Source of the DNA: Octopus bimaculoides
Lineage: Eukaryota
DNA: 34,213 nucleotides
Direction of reading: 5' to 3'
NCBI RefSeq assembly: GCF_001194135.2
Contig: NC_069004.1
Location: 34,702,370-34,736,582 of the forward strand
The position numbers were made by a program, and so were the translations under genes. This document shows, one piece after another, positions 1 to 12,812 of the stretch (the first letter of the stretch is position 1; each line of letters opens with the position of its first letter). Below the pieces are notes generated by a model that saw nothing but the letters and a program-made list of their open reading frames with translations, made no database searches and was not told the origin of the DNA.

Positions 1-633
1 TAATTTAACAGACTCACTGGTAAAATTTCCACTTCTTCCTTTCTTTTTTTTTAATTTTCGTTGCACCTTGCAACCGTTTCAATAGTTTTGACTCTCAATA
101 GTTTTCAATAGTTCTGAGAGTCAAAACTATTGAAAACATTAAAAGACACAAAAAATTTTTAGGAAAATAAAAATAAGAGATAAGTCGAAATTTTACCAGT
201 GAGTGTGTTAAATTATAAGGCACCAAAAGAGAATGACTCTCCCCAGACATAACAGAACTTTCAATTAATTCTTTTCTCTTTATAGTTTTTTTTAAGATGG
301 GGTAGTGAAGATGCTGGTGGTGGTGGTGGAGCGGAAGCGTTGAAATTTCTTGATAAGTTTGCAAAATTTCATCACGCTTTTTTTTTTTTTTCTCCAACAC
401 ATTGCCTTCCAAAGTTCAACAACTCCCGATCCTCCATCATCATCAAGGGCTTCGCATCACCCCGCTGCTTTCTGCAGGTTTTTACTGATTTATCGACGAA
501 ACGTTAAGAGACGAAATAACAGATTAAACCATAACAATAAAATACCATTTCAGCAACGATTATAAGAAAATTCACAAAACATGGAAGGGTTCTTATTGAA
601 ACTAGCAGCGAAGGTTATTCGCCTGTCAAACCT

Positions 634-673
<40 letters not shown>

Positions 674-688
674 CACCACCACCACCAT
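634..688 (+). repeat. Compound triplet microsatellite (TAC)n-(CAC)n
   Basis: Read directly from sequence. Confidence 0.95.
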
Positions 689-764
689 AAGTAAGAGATC
701 TATTTAGGTCTAACTCTTCCAGCCCCTTTTAAAATGTGTGTCTGCAAGTATCTATCCCTCTATT

Positions 765-911
765 TCATATATGTGTATGTGTGTGTGTGTGTACACACAT
801 ACATACACACACACACATGTATGTATATATATATATATGCGAATGTGTGTATGCCTTTGTATATATTCATACGCTCATACGCGTATATTTGCTTATACAC
901 GCAGACACAGA

Positions 912-947
<36 letters not shown>

Positions 948-1739
948 TTTTTATACACGCATTCATATGCACATGTGTGTGTGTGTATGTTTATATATAT
1001 TTATGGCCATGCACTGCCATATATAAATCTTGACTCCACCCAGACACTGAGCCGCGGGCGCCATTCTGTGACACCGAAACACGTGTTGTAGAAGTTGAGG
1101 AGGGCCTATCGTCGTAATGGCCTCTGGCAATGGCTGAACTCCTTAACCAGACTCTCTGTTTATATACTACCATTGTGTGTGCGTATATATATAAATACAC
1201 ATATATATATATATACACAGACTGTGTGTATTTGACAATGTGTAATCATGTATGTGTATATCCATTTACACACACATGCAAGGTCTATATCAACACTAGA
1301 AGCACCTACCCCACCACCATCCCTACTAAAACCATTTTCAACACCGCCGCCACCATCTCTTCCATTCTTTGCTCTCCTTTCGTTATCTCCCACCTCACTC
1401 TACTCCTTAATGCCTCTACACGTTCCCCCTCCTCATACCTCTTCCCATACCTCGTGTCCTCTCCTCCGACGTCTCCCTATTTCTCTTTTCACCTCTCCCT
1501 ATACCTCACCACATACCGCACACCAACACCGGACTTACGGAGGAGAGACACCCAAATTAGATACAACACAGTGGTACACATACACACACACATATACATA
1601 TATATATATATATATATACATTCACACATACACAAAACACATTGGCACACATATATTCACTGATATACCGCATTTAGACACAACCAGCCACATATAGCAC
1701 ACACACACAGTCACATGAACAGCGCAATAATTACACACA

Positions 1740-1796
<57 letters not shown>

Positions 1797-2360
1797 TCAG
1801 CATTACTCGTAAACATACACAGAAATGCAAACTGATTCTCCACATACACACACAGAACCTATACACATATCACCAGAACCACCGTCAGCACACAGCATAT
1901 GGTCTCACACACACACACACACACCAGATATTCATTGCACTATCATTTAGACTACCATAACATACATACACTCAAACACACACACACACACATACAAAAT
2001 ACAAACACACACACTAGACACACGTAAACCACACGCCGACCTTACTAACATACCACAGCTTAACACACATGTAAAACCACTTACGTGGATATACACACTA
2101 AACAGATGCACACACATATACACACAGCCAATACTGATCACACATGCATAAAAATAACATAGGTACAACACTCACACACGCACACACACGCACACACATA
2201 CCATTATCATTACTAATGAGACATACACAGAAAAACAAGCACAAAAACACAGTCTCTCACAATGACATACAGCGCAATAAACACCACACCCACAAACTCA
2301 CTACAAACATACATGCACCCCCTCCCACGCCCACCACACACACACACACACACACACATG
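765..2360. repeat. Field of (CA)n/(TA)n/(TG)n microsatellites with short unique islands
   Basis: Read directly; source of the HT/CV/YI-repeat ORFs in the track. Confidence 0.9.
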
Positions 2361-2601
2361 CACCACCATCGCCACCATACATATAACCACCTCCCCCTCC
2401 CCCACCAAAACACGTATTACCGCCTCCATCACCACCTCCACCCCTACCACACAAGCTGTAAAGTTTCCAGATATTTCGGTAAACACGTAAGAAGAGGGCA
2501 AAAATTTATAAGAATTTTATGTCTTCAGATTTCTTCGGCATCTGGAATGGTATGCTGCCATGTGTTCAAAGGAAACCTTTGTGACCAGAATTTATAGTAA
2601 A

Positions 2602-2627
2602 GGGCGTGGGTTGGGGGGTTGTGTGGG
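2602..2627 (+). other. Potential G-quadruplex, overlapping GC-box-like motifs
   Basis: GGG-CGT-GGG-TT-GGGGGG-TTGTGT-GGG fits the G3+N1-7 x4 pattern; contains GGGCGTGG, and GGGCGG starts at 2625. Confidence 0.45.
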
Positions 2628-2709
2628 CGGCGCAAAGTAAAGAGAATCAGTAAAGGATGAATTATAAGGCAATAAAAGTGAGGTTGGGCAGCCATAGCAC
2701 ATCGTGTTT

Positions 2710-2810
2710 GAGCGTCGAATTAAAATACACGGCAGCCATTTTGTTTGTTAGCGAACGCCGACTCTTATCGCTATCACGCCCCATTCTGAGAAAAAATGGG
2801 CTCAGTCGTT
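2710..2810. repeat. Probable fragment of an octopus interspersed repeat carrying a YY1-like motif
   Basis: TAAAATACACGGCAGCCATTTTGTTTGTTAGCGAACGCCGACTC resembles a repeat I recall from octopus sequence; single copy in this window. Confidence 0.45.
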
Positions 2811-2814
2811 AGGT

Positions 2815-2992
2815 TTGCGAGAAATAGTAGCCAAATCTCACCCGAAATACACAGTGATGTCTTAGAAAAGAACCCATTTGAGAACATGGTCTCAGGTTCG
2901 TCCCCTGCGTGGATATAAATGATAGATTTGTGAATGTCTTTGATTAAAGATCTGTTTGATCAGGGATAACTTGGGACTCAATAACAACAATA
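2815..2992 (-). mobile_element. Short interspersed repeat family D, diverged, with a family A head fragment inside (about 2885-2912)
   Basis: GAAATAGTAGCCAAATCTC and GAATGTCTTTGATTAAAGATCTGTTTGATCAGGG match the copies at 26615-26782 and 28960-29130. Confidence 0.7.
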
Positions 2993-3437
2993 ATACGGAA
3001 GCAAATAAAGAATCCCTTTACTAGACTGTTCTGTCTTGTACTATCGGCAGTGCTAGCGTACTCTTTCTAAAGAAGTTGAGTACCATTTTATGGCTCCCAA
3101 AATTGGAATACAAGACTTCCAAACAACATATTTGACAATGTTTTATTTTAGAAATATATAAGTTACTAAACCTGAAGTTGCAGCAGACAAAAGTTGCTTG
3201 TGATAGCTTCAAAAAGCTTTTTCTTATCCTTTTTTTTTTTTAATAAATCTCGAATGCCCAAATATACTTTCTCTTCCGCCTCTCTTTGAAAAACTTATGT
3301 TCTTCCTGTCTGTTTGACAAGATAGAAACAACACCCAAATATGCCTCTGTTTCAGATCACAACAATTTGTTTTTAAAAATGTACACAATGAAAATTATAG
3401 AGCCTACGACATAAGCATGGTTTGGTCAAAATTAAAA

Positions 3438-4130
3438 TAGTAGTAGTAGTAGTAGTAGTAGCAGCAGTGGTAGTAGTTATAGTAGTAGTAATATTGGTGA
3501 TGTGATTCATGACGGTATAGTAATTGGTGGGGTTTGACACCAGGGTAGCTTTCATCGAATACATTATAAGATCACAGCTCCTCCAAACGTGACCACCACT
3601 TTCTTTAGGACTGTATCCTTCCTTTACTTAGGACATTAATGTATAATCTGAAAGTTGGTCGTCGGTCTTACCAGCAAGTAGAATGACCGCGTTGAAGTCA
3701 TCGTTGTGGTGGTCATGGTGGTTATAGTGGTGATGGTGATGATGATGATGAAAGCATTCCGGCCCTGACCATCTTGCCTTTTACAACTTACAAAGAGTGA
3801 CCAGGGCCAAGTGTCCTACTTTTAGGTTTTTTCTAGCACATCGGACTCGCTGTCTTGTGATGGTGCTATCTACGGGGGTGGTGGTGGAGTCAGTATTGGT
3901 GGTGTAGATGGTGGTGTAGGTGGTGGTGTAGGTGGTGGTGTCGGTGTCAATTGTGATGGTGTCCATGGAACCGTGATGGTAGTGGCAGTGATGGTGGAGG
4001 TGGTGGTGGTATTGATTTTCGTTGATACTGCAACACTGATGATGACGACGATGATGATGATGATGTCGTCGGTGGCTGTGACATCGGTAAAGATGATAAT
4101 ATGGAGGCGGCGGTGGTGGTGGCGTCGTTC
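3438..4130. repeat. (GTA)n, (GAT)n and (GGT)n triplet-repeat tracts with unique sequence between them
   Basis: Read directly. Confidence 0.8.
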
Positions 4131-4230
4131 GACTGGACGCGGTGACGATGACGTCGGTTCGTTGGTGAGGAACGAATAATGATTGTTAATGGTGGAGTCC
4201 ATTAACGGAGAACCACCGACCGTCCAGCCG
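4130..4230. other. Nested inverted repeats, candidate multi-stem RNA structure
   Basis: CTGGACG/CGTCCAG, GTCGGT/ACCGAC, TCGTT/AACGA and GTTAATGG/CCATTAAC are colinearly nested. Confidence 0.4.
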
Positions 4231-5009
4231 GTCTTCAAACCACCCCACCCCACCCAATACCACATCCTTCTTCTTTCCTCACTTCTCAACCCACTCTACC
4301 CCCCACCTCCACTACTCCTCCGGCTTCTCCTTAGCCCCCCCCCGTCTTTCTTGTTTCCTATCTCCACCTCACCACCCTACAGACCGCTTCCTCCACCAAA
4401 ACCCACCACCNNNNNNNNNNNNNNNNNNNNNNNNNNNNNNNNNNNNNNNNNNNNNNNNNNNNNNNNNNNNNNNNNNNNNNNNNNNNNNNNNNNNNNNNNN
4501 NNNNNNNNNNNNNNNNNNNNNNNNNNNNNNNNNNNNNNNNNNNNNNNNNNNNNNNNNNNNNNNNNNNNNNNNNNNNNNNNNNNNNNNNNNNNNNNNNNNN
4601 NNNNNNNNNNNNNNNNNNNNNNNNNNNNNNNNNNNNNNNNNNNNNNNNNNNNNNNNNNNNNNNNNNNNNNNNNNNNNNNNNNNNNNNNNNNNNNNNNNNN
4701 NNNNNNNNNNNNNNNNNNNNNNNNNNNNNNNNNNNNNNNNNNNNNNNNNNNNNNNNNNNNNNNNNNNNNNNNNNNNNNNNNNNNNNNNNNNNNNNNNNNN
4801 NNNNNNNNNNNNNNNNNNNNNNNNNNNNNNNNNNNNNTCTTCGTCCACTCCCCCCCTCGCTGTCTCTCTCTCTCTCAACTTTGTAAAAAAATTTTCACGT
4901 AACATAGCTACATACTGACATGCACATGTGACACCATGTTTTGTCCTACATTCAGCACTTACTGACCCCCACAGCACTAATTGACCCTTGGTCGTCCTTG
5001 ATAAAGTAC

Positions 5010-5097
5010 AGTTAATAGAACGTAACAAGTTCGCTACGCAATCAGCAAGTCTTCGGTTCGACCCCGCTGCGCGGTGTTCTGTGCAAGTGTCTTTTAT
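5010..5097 (+). mobile_element. SINE family A head, degenerate
   Basis: GTAACAAGTTCGCTAC...GGTTCGACCCCGCTGCGCGG...GCAAGTGTCTT aligns to the heads at 11064 and 27192. Confidence 0.6.
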
Positions 5098-5236
5098 TCG
5101 GGAACAAGGATTCTCAAACTTTTTGGGCCACCACAAAATACCCTCAGCACCCCAACCTCTATTTTATGTATAAATATTTTATATTTTACCAATTTACATA
5201 TATCAACTACCCAAGTCTTACGCTAGAAGGCCCTTT

Positions 5237-5481
5237 TTATTTAGGGAGCTTGCGGAAATCCTTCAGAATATCTTTTGCTTTTCGTGCTTTCTTTTTTTCT
5301 CGATGTGAACCCAATCTTTGTGGATTCAGTTTTGTCCCAATATTGTCAGCAATGTCTTGGGCCCCTGTGATCCAGTCAAAGGAATCACCACCATCATCAT
5401 CATTATTATCGTCATCCTTCTCAGTCTCATCACTGTCGTCCTCGCCGATATCAGCCAAGTGAGTCAAGTACCAGTAATACA
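5237..5481 (-). CDS. Candidate terminal coding exon, unidentified: YYWYLTHLADIGEDD...FDWITGAQDIADNIGTKLNPQRLGSHREKKKARKAKDILKDFRKLPK*
   Basis: Frame open from 5545 to the stop at 5237; acceptor TCGCTTTGCAG| before 5481 (alternative TTAG| before 5545); acidic-then-basic composition. The D-run could be a decayed (GAT)n repeat. No family recognised. Confidence 0.3.
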
Positions 5482-6284
5482 CTGCAAAGCGAGACAATCG
5501 AATGTCTTTCATGGACACGAAAAAGAAACCAAGGAGGCCCGGTGCCTAACTTAGAATTCTTTATCCTCCTCCTCCTTTTTCAGCATCGTCTACATAAAAA
5601 CATTATCACCACCACCGCCACCACCGCCGCTGCAACCACCACCACCACCACCACCGGTGATTTTGTCATTAGCGTCATCACTATCAGCATAACATCATCA
5701 TCAAAAGGTGTTAGTGGTAAGAGAAATAGTAGTCGGTACAGTGGTGGTAGCGGGGGTAGCAGCGGGGGGTGGCAGCAGGGGGTGGTAGCANNNNNNNNNN
5801 NNNNNNNNNNNNNNNNNNNNNNNNNNNNNNNNNNNNNNNNNNNNNNNNNNNNNNNNNNNNNNNNNNNNNNNNNNNNNNNNNNNNNNNNNNNNNNNNNNNN
5901 NNNNNNNNNNNNNNNNNNNNNNNNNNNNNNNNNNNNNNNNNNNNNNNNNNTTCTCATTGTTTTGTTCATTTCAACAGAAAACGCGTGTTTGCCAAATTGC
6001 ACACGCATTTTCTCCACACTTGATTGATAGAGGATGTCATGCGTGCGAAATATTCGTACACACACATACACATACAAACGTGTACGGATATATTCGCCTA
6101 CACACACACACACTAAGGCTAAGATCCAAATGCATATACAAATAGACATACACACGCGAACTGACGTACACATATCAAACGCGAACGCACTTAGAGAGCA
6201 CACGCAAATAACAACAAACAGACGCGCACCGGAAATACAACACAACAAACGCCCGGACATATACACACAGCTGCTCTGTCTGTA

Positions 6285-6326
<42 letters not shown>

Positions 6327-6724
6327 TCACTCTCTCGCTCTCGCTTATTTACACTCCAATACTATATTTAAATATATATATTCATATACATCAAAACATA
6401 CACTCTTTTCTGTCTTACGCACGCGTACACACACAGTCACATGTATGTCTGTATGCATGTACGTACGTATGTATGCATGTATGTGTGTATGTATGTATGC
6501 ATGCATGCATGTATGTGAAGGTGCTGTAAGGAAAGAACCCAACGGGAAAGAGATAGAAGCATGTAAGCATGATCGAAGCGTCGCAATTTCAACCTATTTG
6601 AGTCTCATCATTCTTGGCTTAACAGACAATACACGCAATTGTGCCCTACAAAAAATCACCACAAAAATCAGACAACTTTTTGCGATTGTAGTTGTTGCTG
6701 TTATTGTTGTTGTTGTTGCGCCTA

Positions 6725-6795
6725 TTTAGTTCCAGGTCAACCTTGAGGAAGAAACACTATGATAGAAAGTTTTGCAAGTCACACCGTCATGTCAT
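6725..6795 (+). mobile_element. Family D 5' part, diverged
   Basis: TTAGTTCCAGGTCAACCTTGA...CTATGAT resembles 26620 AACCCAGATCAACCCTGA...ATATGATC. Confidence 0.45.
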
Positions 6796-8045
6796 TCTAA
6801 TGGCACCGAAGACTATTTGTAATGAGTCCTTATAGTTTTCTTTGTTTCAAGAAGATTCAAACTAAGCATGAAGAGATAAGAACAAAAAGGAAATGCAAAA
6901 CGAAATTTTAAATAAATAGATGTCAGTCCAACCTGTATGTGTGCGTGCGTGCGTAAAATCATTAAACCGTACATGGTTTTAAATATGAAAAAATACAAAC
7001 TTCGCAGGCTAAATTCAACGAAACCGGATCCAGGTCAGATAAATATGACTTTGTTCATATACAGCAAAAAAAAAAGGGGGAAAAAGAATGAAAAGAAAGC
7101 AGACTTTTCACACTAAAACCGAAAGAACTGTATATAGTAGCACCGTTTTGCTATACATGACTAGAAGCAACGTGTGACTCCTTGTATTTTCTTCCACCTC
7201 TCCCACTTTTGTTATATATGTTTATAGAAACCAATATAGTCTCAGAGGAACGAAATTATATTGGTATTCAAAAACATTTACACTGTGGAAACGTATCTTT
7301 ATGTTTTTATATTCCATAAATATAAACGCAGAATAAAATCATTCACTGCTTATGTTAATAAATATATTTAATGTAAATGAATCAAATTCAATTTTTTATC
7401 TGTAGATTATCTATACTATGTAAGATATCAGGTGAAAAACTCTCAAGTTCCAAGCGTTCCACTTAGAAGAAATCTTGGTAATCTCTTTCCATTTTGGCTA
7501 AGGCTGCATAAGATTACACGAGGTATTACGGGTCTTCCAATGATGTCGGTGGTATGGGGTTATAAAGCAGAAAAGCATAAATTTCAAATATAATTCATAA
7601 TCTAATTACATATGAAAATTATGTGAAATTCATGCTTTTGTGCATCGTATTCTAAATATGTTGCTCTCAATACTCGGATTAGCCGATTCTGTATGGACAC
7701 GTAAGTGTATTCTAACGGCATTACTGTACTGTAATTACGTAATCGAATTTAACTATGTGTTATCAATTAACGTGGATATATCAATTCACAGCACACACAC
7801 ACACACACACACACACATGTATATATTACTGAACCTTGGGAGGGGCATTATGTTGGTAATAAGAAACACACGCACTGGTTAGGTCCTTTATTGTTATTGT
7901 TAGTTAATGGCTTAGTTATTCCACTAAAAAAATTATCGATCAGCCGTTTTCTTTTACTAGTTTTTCTAACTCGTATGTTAAACACATTGGTCAAACAGTT
8001 AATCGACGGTTCAAATGTTTTATATTGTTCATGTCATTTTTTTTG

Positions 8046-8102
<57 letters not shown>

Positions 8103-8104
8103 GA

Positions 8105-8192
8105 TAGGATTCCACACAGCCTCTGTCAACAAAAGTATCTCCCAAGGAATTGCCGAAGGTGCCGCATACTGGGACTGAACCTTAAATCACAT
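8105..8192 (-). mobile_element. SINE family A head remnant, truncated by gap
   Basis: AAGGTGCCGCATACTGGGACTGAACC is the reverse complement of the A-head B-box region. Confidence 0.6.
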
Positions 8193-8659
8193 NNNNNNNN
8201 NNNNNNNNNNNNNNNNNNNNNNNNNNNNNNNNNNNNNNNNNNNNNNNNNNNNNNNNNNNNNNNNNNNNNNNNNNNNNNNNNNNNNNNNNNNNNNNNNNNN
8301 NNNNNNNNNNNNNNNNNNNNNNNNNNNNNNNNNNNNNNNNNNNNNNNNNNNNNNNNNNNNNNNNNNNNNNNNNNNNNNNNNNNNNNNNNNNNNNNNNNNN
8401 NNNNNNNNNNNNNNNNNNNNNNNNNNNNNNNNNNNNNNNNNNNNNNNNNNNNNNNNNNNNNNNNNNNNNNNNNNNNNNNNNNNNNNNNNNNNNNNNNNNN
8501 NNNNNNNNNNNNNNNNNNNNNNNNNNNNNNNNNNNNNNNNNNNNNNNNNNNNNNNNNNNNNNNNNNNNNNNNNNNNNNNNNNNNNNNNNNNNNNNNNNNN
8601 NNNNNNNNNNNNNNNNNNNNNNNNNNNNNNNNNNNNNNNNNNNNNNNNNNNNNCGGATA

Positions 8660-8853
8660 ACAAACACACACATACATACGTATACACACAAACTGATAAA
8701 CGCATACGCACAAGGACACGTGCTCAAACACACACACACACACACATACAATGCTCAGTCTCACGCACATACATGGACACATGTTCAAAGCTACACAACC
8801 ATTCACACAGAGAAATGAGCACCCAAACGCATTGCTAAAGTTAAACAAACACA

Positions 8854-8928
<75 letters not shown>

Positions 8929-9934
8929 ACGCACCTATGTCCACGTACAATTGCGTATGCAGATCTTCGTGACTGTTTCGGCCGGAACAACGAGGATGAA
9001 TATGTCATCCTTAATTATAAAGTCTGAGACGGCTTGCCAAAACTGGCCATCAATTAGAATCAGTCTTCTACTGCATTACCATATATGCCTTCCCAGCATT
9101 CATTTGCCTTCCCATCATCCCACAGTCATCACCATTTTCCAGCCATAAGCGCAGCAAAGCCGGACTGTTTTACTTTAGGCATTAGTGCGCGCGCACCACG
9201 CACACACACACACACACATATATATATATGACCATACACATAGACATATATAAACACATATATATATATATATACGCATAGTTACATATTCATACATATG
9301 TATATATGTTTGTACGCATACACACACACATATACACATGAATGAATATGCATTTATGAACATGAATGTATGTGTGTGTGTGTATTCGTTTAGTAGCATT
9401 CATGCACACATATATATATATACACACATGTACACGTAATATGCAAATATCTACCCCGGGTAGCGCCATAGCTGAATCTCTTAAACCGGTTGCAGAGCAA
9501 AATTATAGCGTTACATTAAAAAAGCACACACACACACACACACACCCACACACACGCACACACACACACACACACACACATATACATTTATATACACTGA
9601 AGCATAAATACATACATAAAAGTGTATACATACATATGTATATGGCTAGATACATGCAAGTACTTATACATAAAAACATCTATACACATACACACAGAGG
9701 GAAATACACACTACCAGTCTCATACATTCACACACGTATATATACACACAGACACATATATACACTAGCACACATGTGTATATATACTCACCGCCACACA
9801 CACACAGGTGAGCAAGCCGCAACTTCGAAGTCACAGTCAAACTTCTAATTGTAAAATTTACTACCTTCATGTTAATGTTATATTTCTTTTATGTATATAA
9901 CATAAAAGCAAATTGTTCTCTCTTTCTCTCTTTA

Positions 9935-9965
<31 letters not shown>

Positions 9966-10061
9966 TGAGAGAGAGAGAGATAGGGTGAGAGAGAGAGAGA
10001 GTATACATATGCTTACATGTACATGCATTTACTTACAGAGCTGTATGAAATTATAACTAAA

Positions 10062-10097
<36 letters not shown>

Positions 10098-10280
10098 ATA
10101 GACGAATACAGATGAAATCACACGCAGAAACACACAGCGTTATATTTCTTATGCACACACCATTAGCACACAACATATAAACATTCACACAGAGACACAC
10201 ACACGTACATGTACATCCACTCACTCACACACAAACACACACACACTTACACAAAGGTAGCTAAGTCCACACACACACGT
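8660..10280. repeat. (CA)n/(TA)n/(GA)n microsatellite field with small unique islands
   Basis: Read directly. Confidence 0.85.
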
Positions 10281-10844
10281 AGACATGTAGAGCTGCCGTA
10301 ATGAATACAGATTGGCTACGATTTATAACCTCTTTATAGTCTAAAGTATGCGTACTTGTGACTCCAGATATAGCTTTAAACAACCTGAACGCATAAACAG
10401 CTCTGCAATTTTTGAAGTACAACCATTTTGCTGGTAATTCTGAATATTTTTTTTCTTTCGTTAATTACTTTTGTTTTCTTTTTCTTATTATGAAACCATT
10501 ATTGGTAGACAGATATTTGTATAGAATAGCTTCAGAAATCTGTTTCAGATTAATTTAATCTCCATATTGTGGGTATTTAAAGAGAATCTACATATTTCTG
10601 AATACGGCAACTGTTTGTAGCTAAGGTAGCTGCGGAAAGGAAAACTCAATAAGCGCTCTATTGAATTGGGATTCCTCTTAAATAGCAATTACTACCAAAC
10701 TTTATTAATATTATTCTTGATATTTATATGGTAAGCCATAGAGGAAACAATCGATAGCAAGGATGAAATTGCTTTGCGATGTTTAGCTTGCATCGGGAGT
10801 TCCATTCGTTGGCCAAGTCAACTCCATATTAAATATTCTTTTCT

Positions 10845-10975
10845 TTTACTTTTTTTGTTTCAGCCATTTTAACTGCTTATTCTATCGGTCTCTTTTTTGC
10901 CGAATTACTCACTTACAAGAGCATGAACACACGAACACCGGTTGTCAAGCGGTGATGGGGCACAAACACACACAA
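10845..10975 (-). mobile_element. SINE family A body (3' part), internally deleted
   Basis: CTTATTCTATCGGTCTCTTTTTTGCCG...CCGGTTGTCAAGCGGTGATGGGG matches 33166-33385. Confidence 0.8.
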
Positions 10976-11063
10976 AACAAGCACATACATTGTATATAAG
11001 CATGTATATAATATGTATATATATATATATATATATATATGTTATACATGAATATATACAATA

Positions 11064-11231
11064 GGCGCAGGAGTGTCTGTGTGGTAAGTAGCTTACCAAC
11101 CACATGGTTCTAGGTTCAGTCCTACTGCATGGCATCTAGGGAATATGTGTTTTAGTATAGTTTTGAACCGATCAAAGCCTTGTGAGTGGACTTGATTGAC
11201 GGAAACTGAAAAAAGTCCGTCGTGCATATGC

Positions 11232-11274
<43 letters not shown>

Positions 11275-11299
11275 AATCACCACTGCTTGACGACCAGTG
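11064..11299 (+). mobile_element. SINE family A: tRNA-like head, internal (TG)n, start of body
   Basis: GGCGCAGGAGTGTCTGTGTGGTAAG (A-box-like), GGTTCAGTCC (B-box-like), AAAGCCTTGTGAGTGG, then (TG)n, then GCTTGACGACCAGTG. Confidence 0.9.
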
Positions 11300-12129
11300 C
11301 TGGTAGCTTTACCGTTACTCTTTTGCCGNNNNNNNNNNNNNNNNNNNNNNNNNNNNNNNNNNNNNNNNNNNNNNNNNNNNNNNNNNNNNNNNNNNNNNNN
11401 NNNNNNNNNNNNNNNNNNNNNNNNNNNNNNNNNNNNNNNNNNNNNNNNNNNNNNNNNNNNNNNNNNNNNNNNNNNNNNNNNNNNNNNNNNNNNNNNNNNN
11501 NNNNNNNNNNNNNNNNNNNNNNNNNNNNNNNNNNNNNNNNNNNNNNNNNNNNNNNNNNNNNNNNNNNNNNNNNNNNNNNNNNNNNNNNNNNNNNNNNNNN
11601 NNNNNNNNNNNNNNNNNNNNNNNNNNNNNNNNNNNNNNNNNNNNNNNNNNNNNNNNNNNNNNNNNNNNNNNNNNNNNNNNNNNNNNNNNNNNNNNNNNNN
11701 NNNNNNNNNNNNNNNNNNNNNNNNNNNNNNNNNNNNNNNNNNNNNNNNNNNNNNNNNNNNNNNNNNNNNNNNNNNNNNNNNNNNNNNNNNNNNNNNNNNN
11801 NNNNNNNNNNNNNNNNNNNNNNNNNNNNNNNNNNNNNNNNNNNNNNNNNNNNNNNNNNNNNNNNNNNNNNNNNNNNNNNNNNNNNNNNNNNNNNNNNNNN
11901 NNNNNNNNNNNNNNNNNNNNNNNNNNNNNNNNNNNNNNNNNNNNNNNNNNNNNNNNNNNNNNNNNNNNNNNNNNNNNNNNNNNNNNNNNNNNNNNNNNNN
12001 NNNCTACTTCTACATGTACGCATGTGCGTGTATATATGCATACGAAGATTGACGCGTGTACGTCAGATTCCAGAATATGACGGGTTTCTGTATGCATGTA
12101 TATGGCTCTTCACTTATGTATCTCTATAA

Positions 12130-12152
12130 GGTTATGCTTTCATGTATGTATG

Positions 12153-12187
<35 letters not shown>

Positions 12188-12812
12188 TCGAACGTATGTA
12201 TATATGGGTGTGTGCACGTGTACACAGACACATACAGATATGCATACATATATATATATATATATATGTGCATATATATATACATATATACATATATATA
12301 TATATATCTATATATATATATACGCCTGTGTCTGGTGAGTGTATGTCACTGTGTATACGGTTGTGTACATATGTATACACACATTGCTACGTGTGTATGA
12401 ATGCGTGTGCGTTCACGTTTGTATGCGCAGGTATCTCTGTCTGTATATGTGTGAGCGTGTGAATATATGTACCCGGGTCTGTACGTATGTATATGTATAT
12501 ATATGTATATATATATATATATGCATGCGCACGTGCACATACACATATATACACATATGGATATGCATAAACGTATAGCCTTAGACATAAGCTGCATGAA
12601 TATGCAAACACACACATGTATATGTATGTGTGTGTGTATATATTCGCATCAAGTCGATGTAAGCGTGTTTCGCATGTTTGTGGTTGTAAGCTTGTGTATG
12701 CGCGCGTGTACGTGCAAGCACTTTGTGTGCGCATGTGTGCGTGTGTATATATATATATTTCATTTCATTTCAAAGTTTCAGCTCAGAGCTGCGGCCATGC
12801 TGATGCACCACC

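Noticed and set aside
485-505. Hammerhead-like CTGATTT...GAAACGTT
   Set aside because: G8/A9 of CUGANGA are missing and there is no proper stem II.
1058-1088. GAAA followed by palindrome ACACGTGT
   Set aside because: No CUGANGA or stem II upstream.
2471-2549. Micro-exon candidates 2471-2486 and 2529-2549
   Set aside because: The implied 42-nt intron is very short, and such signals arise often by chance without RNA data.
7230-7265. ACCAATATA/TATATTGGT inverted repeat
   Set aside because: AT-rich 9-11 bp stem, expected by chance.
9785-9845. Minus-strand KFDCDFEVAAC resembling a MAM-domain start
   Set aside because: Runs straight into a (TG)n repeat; no other MAM features.
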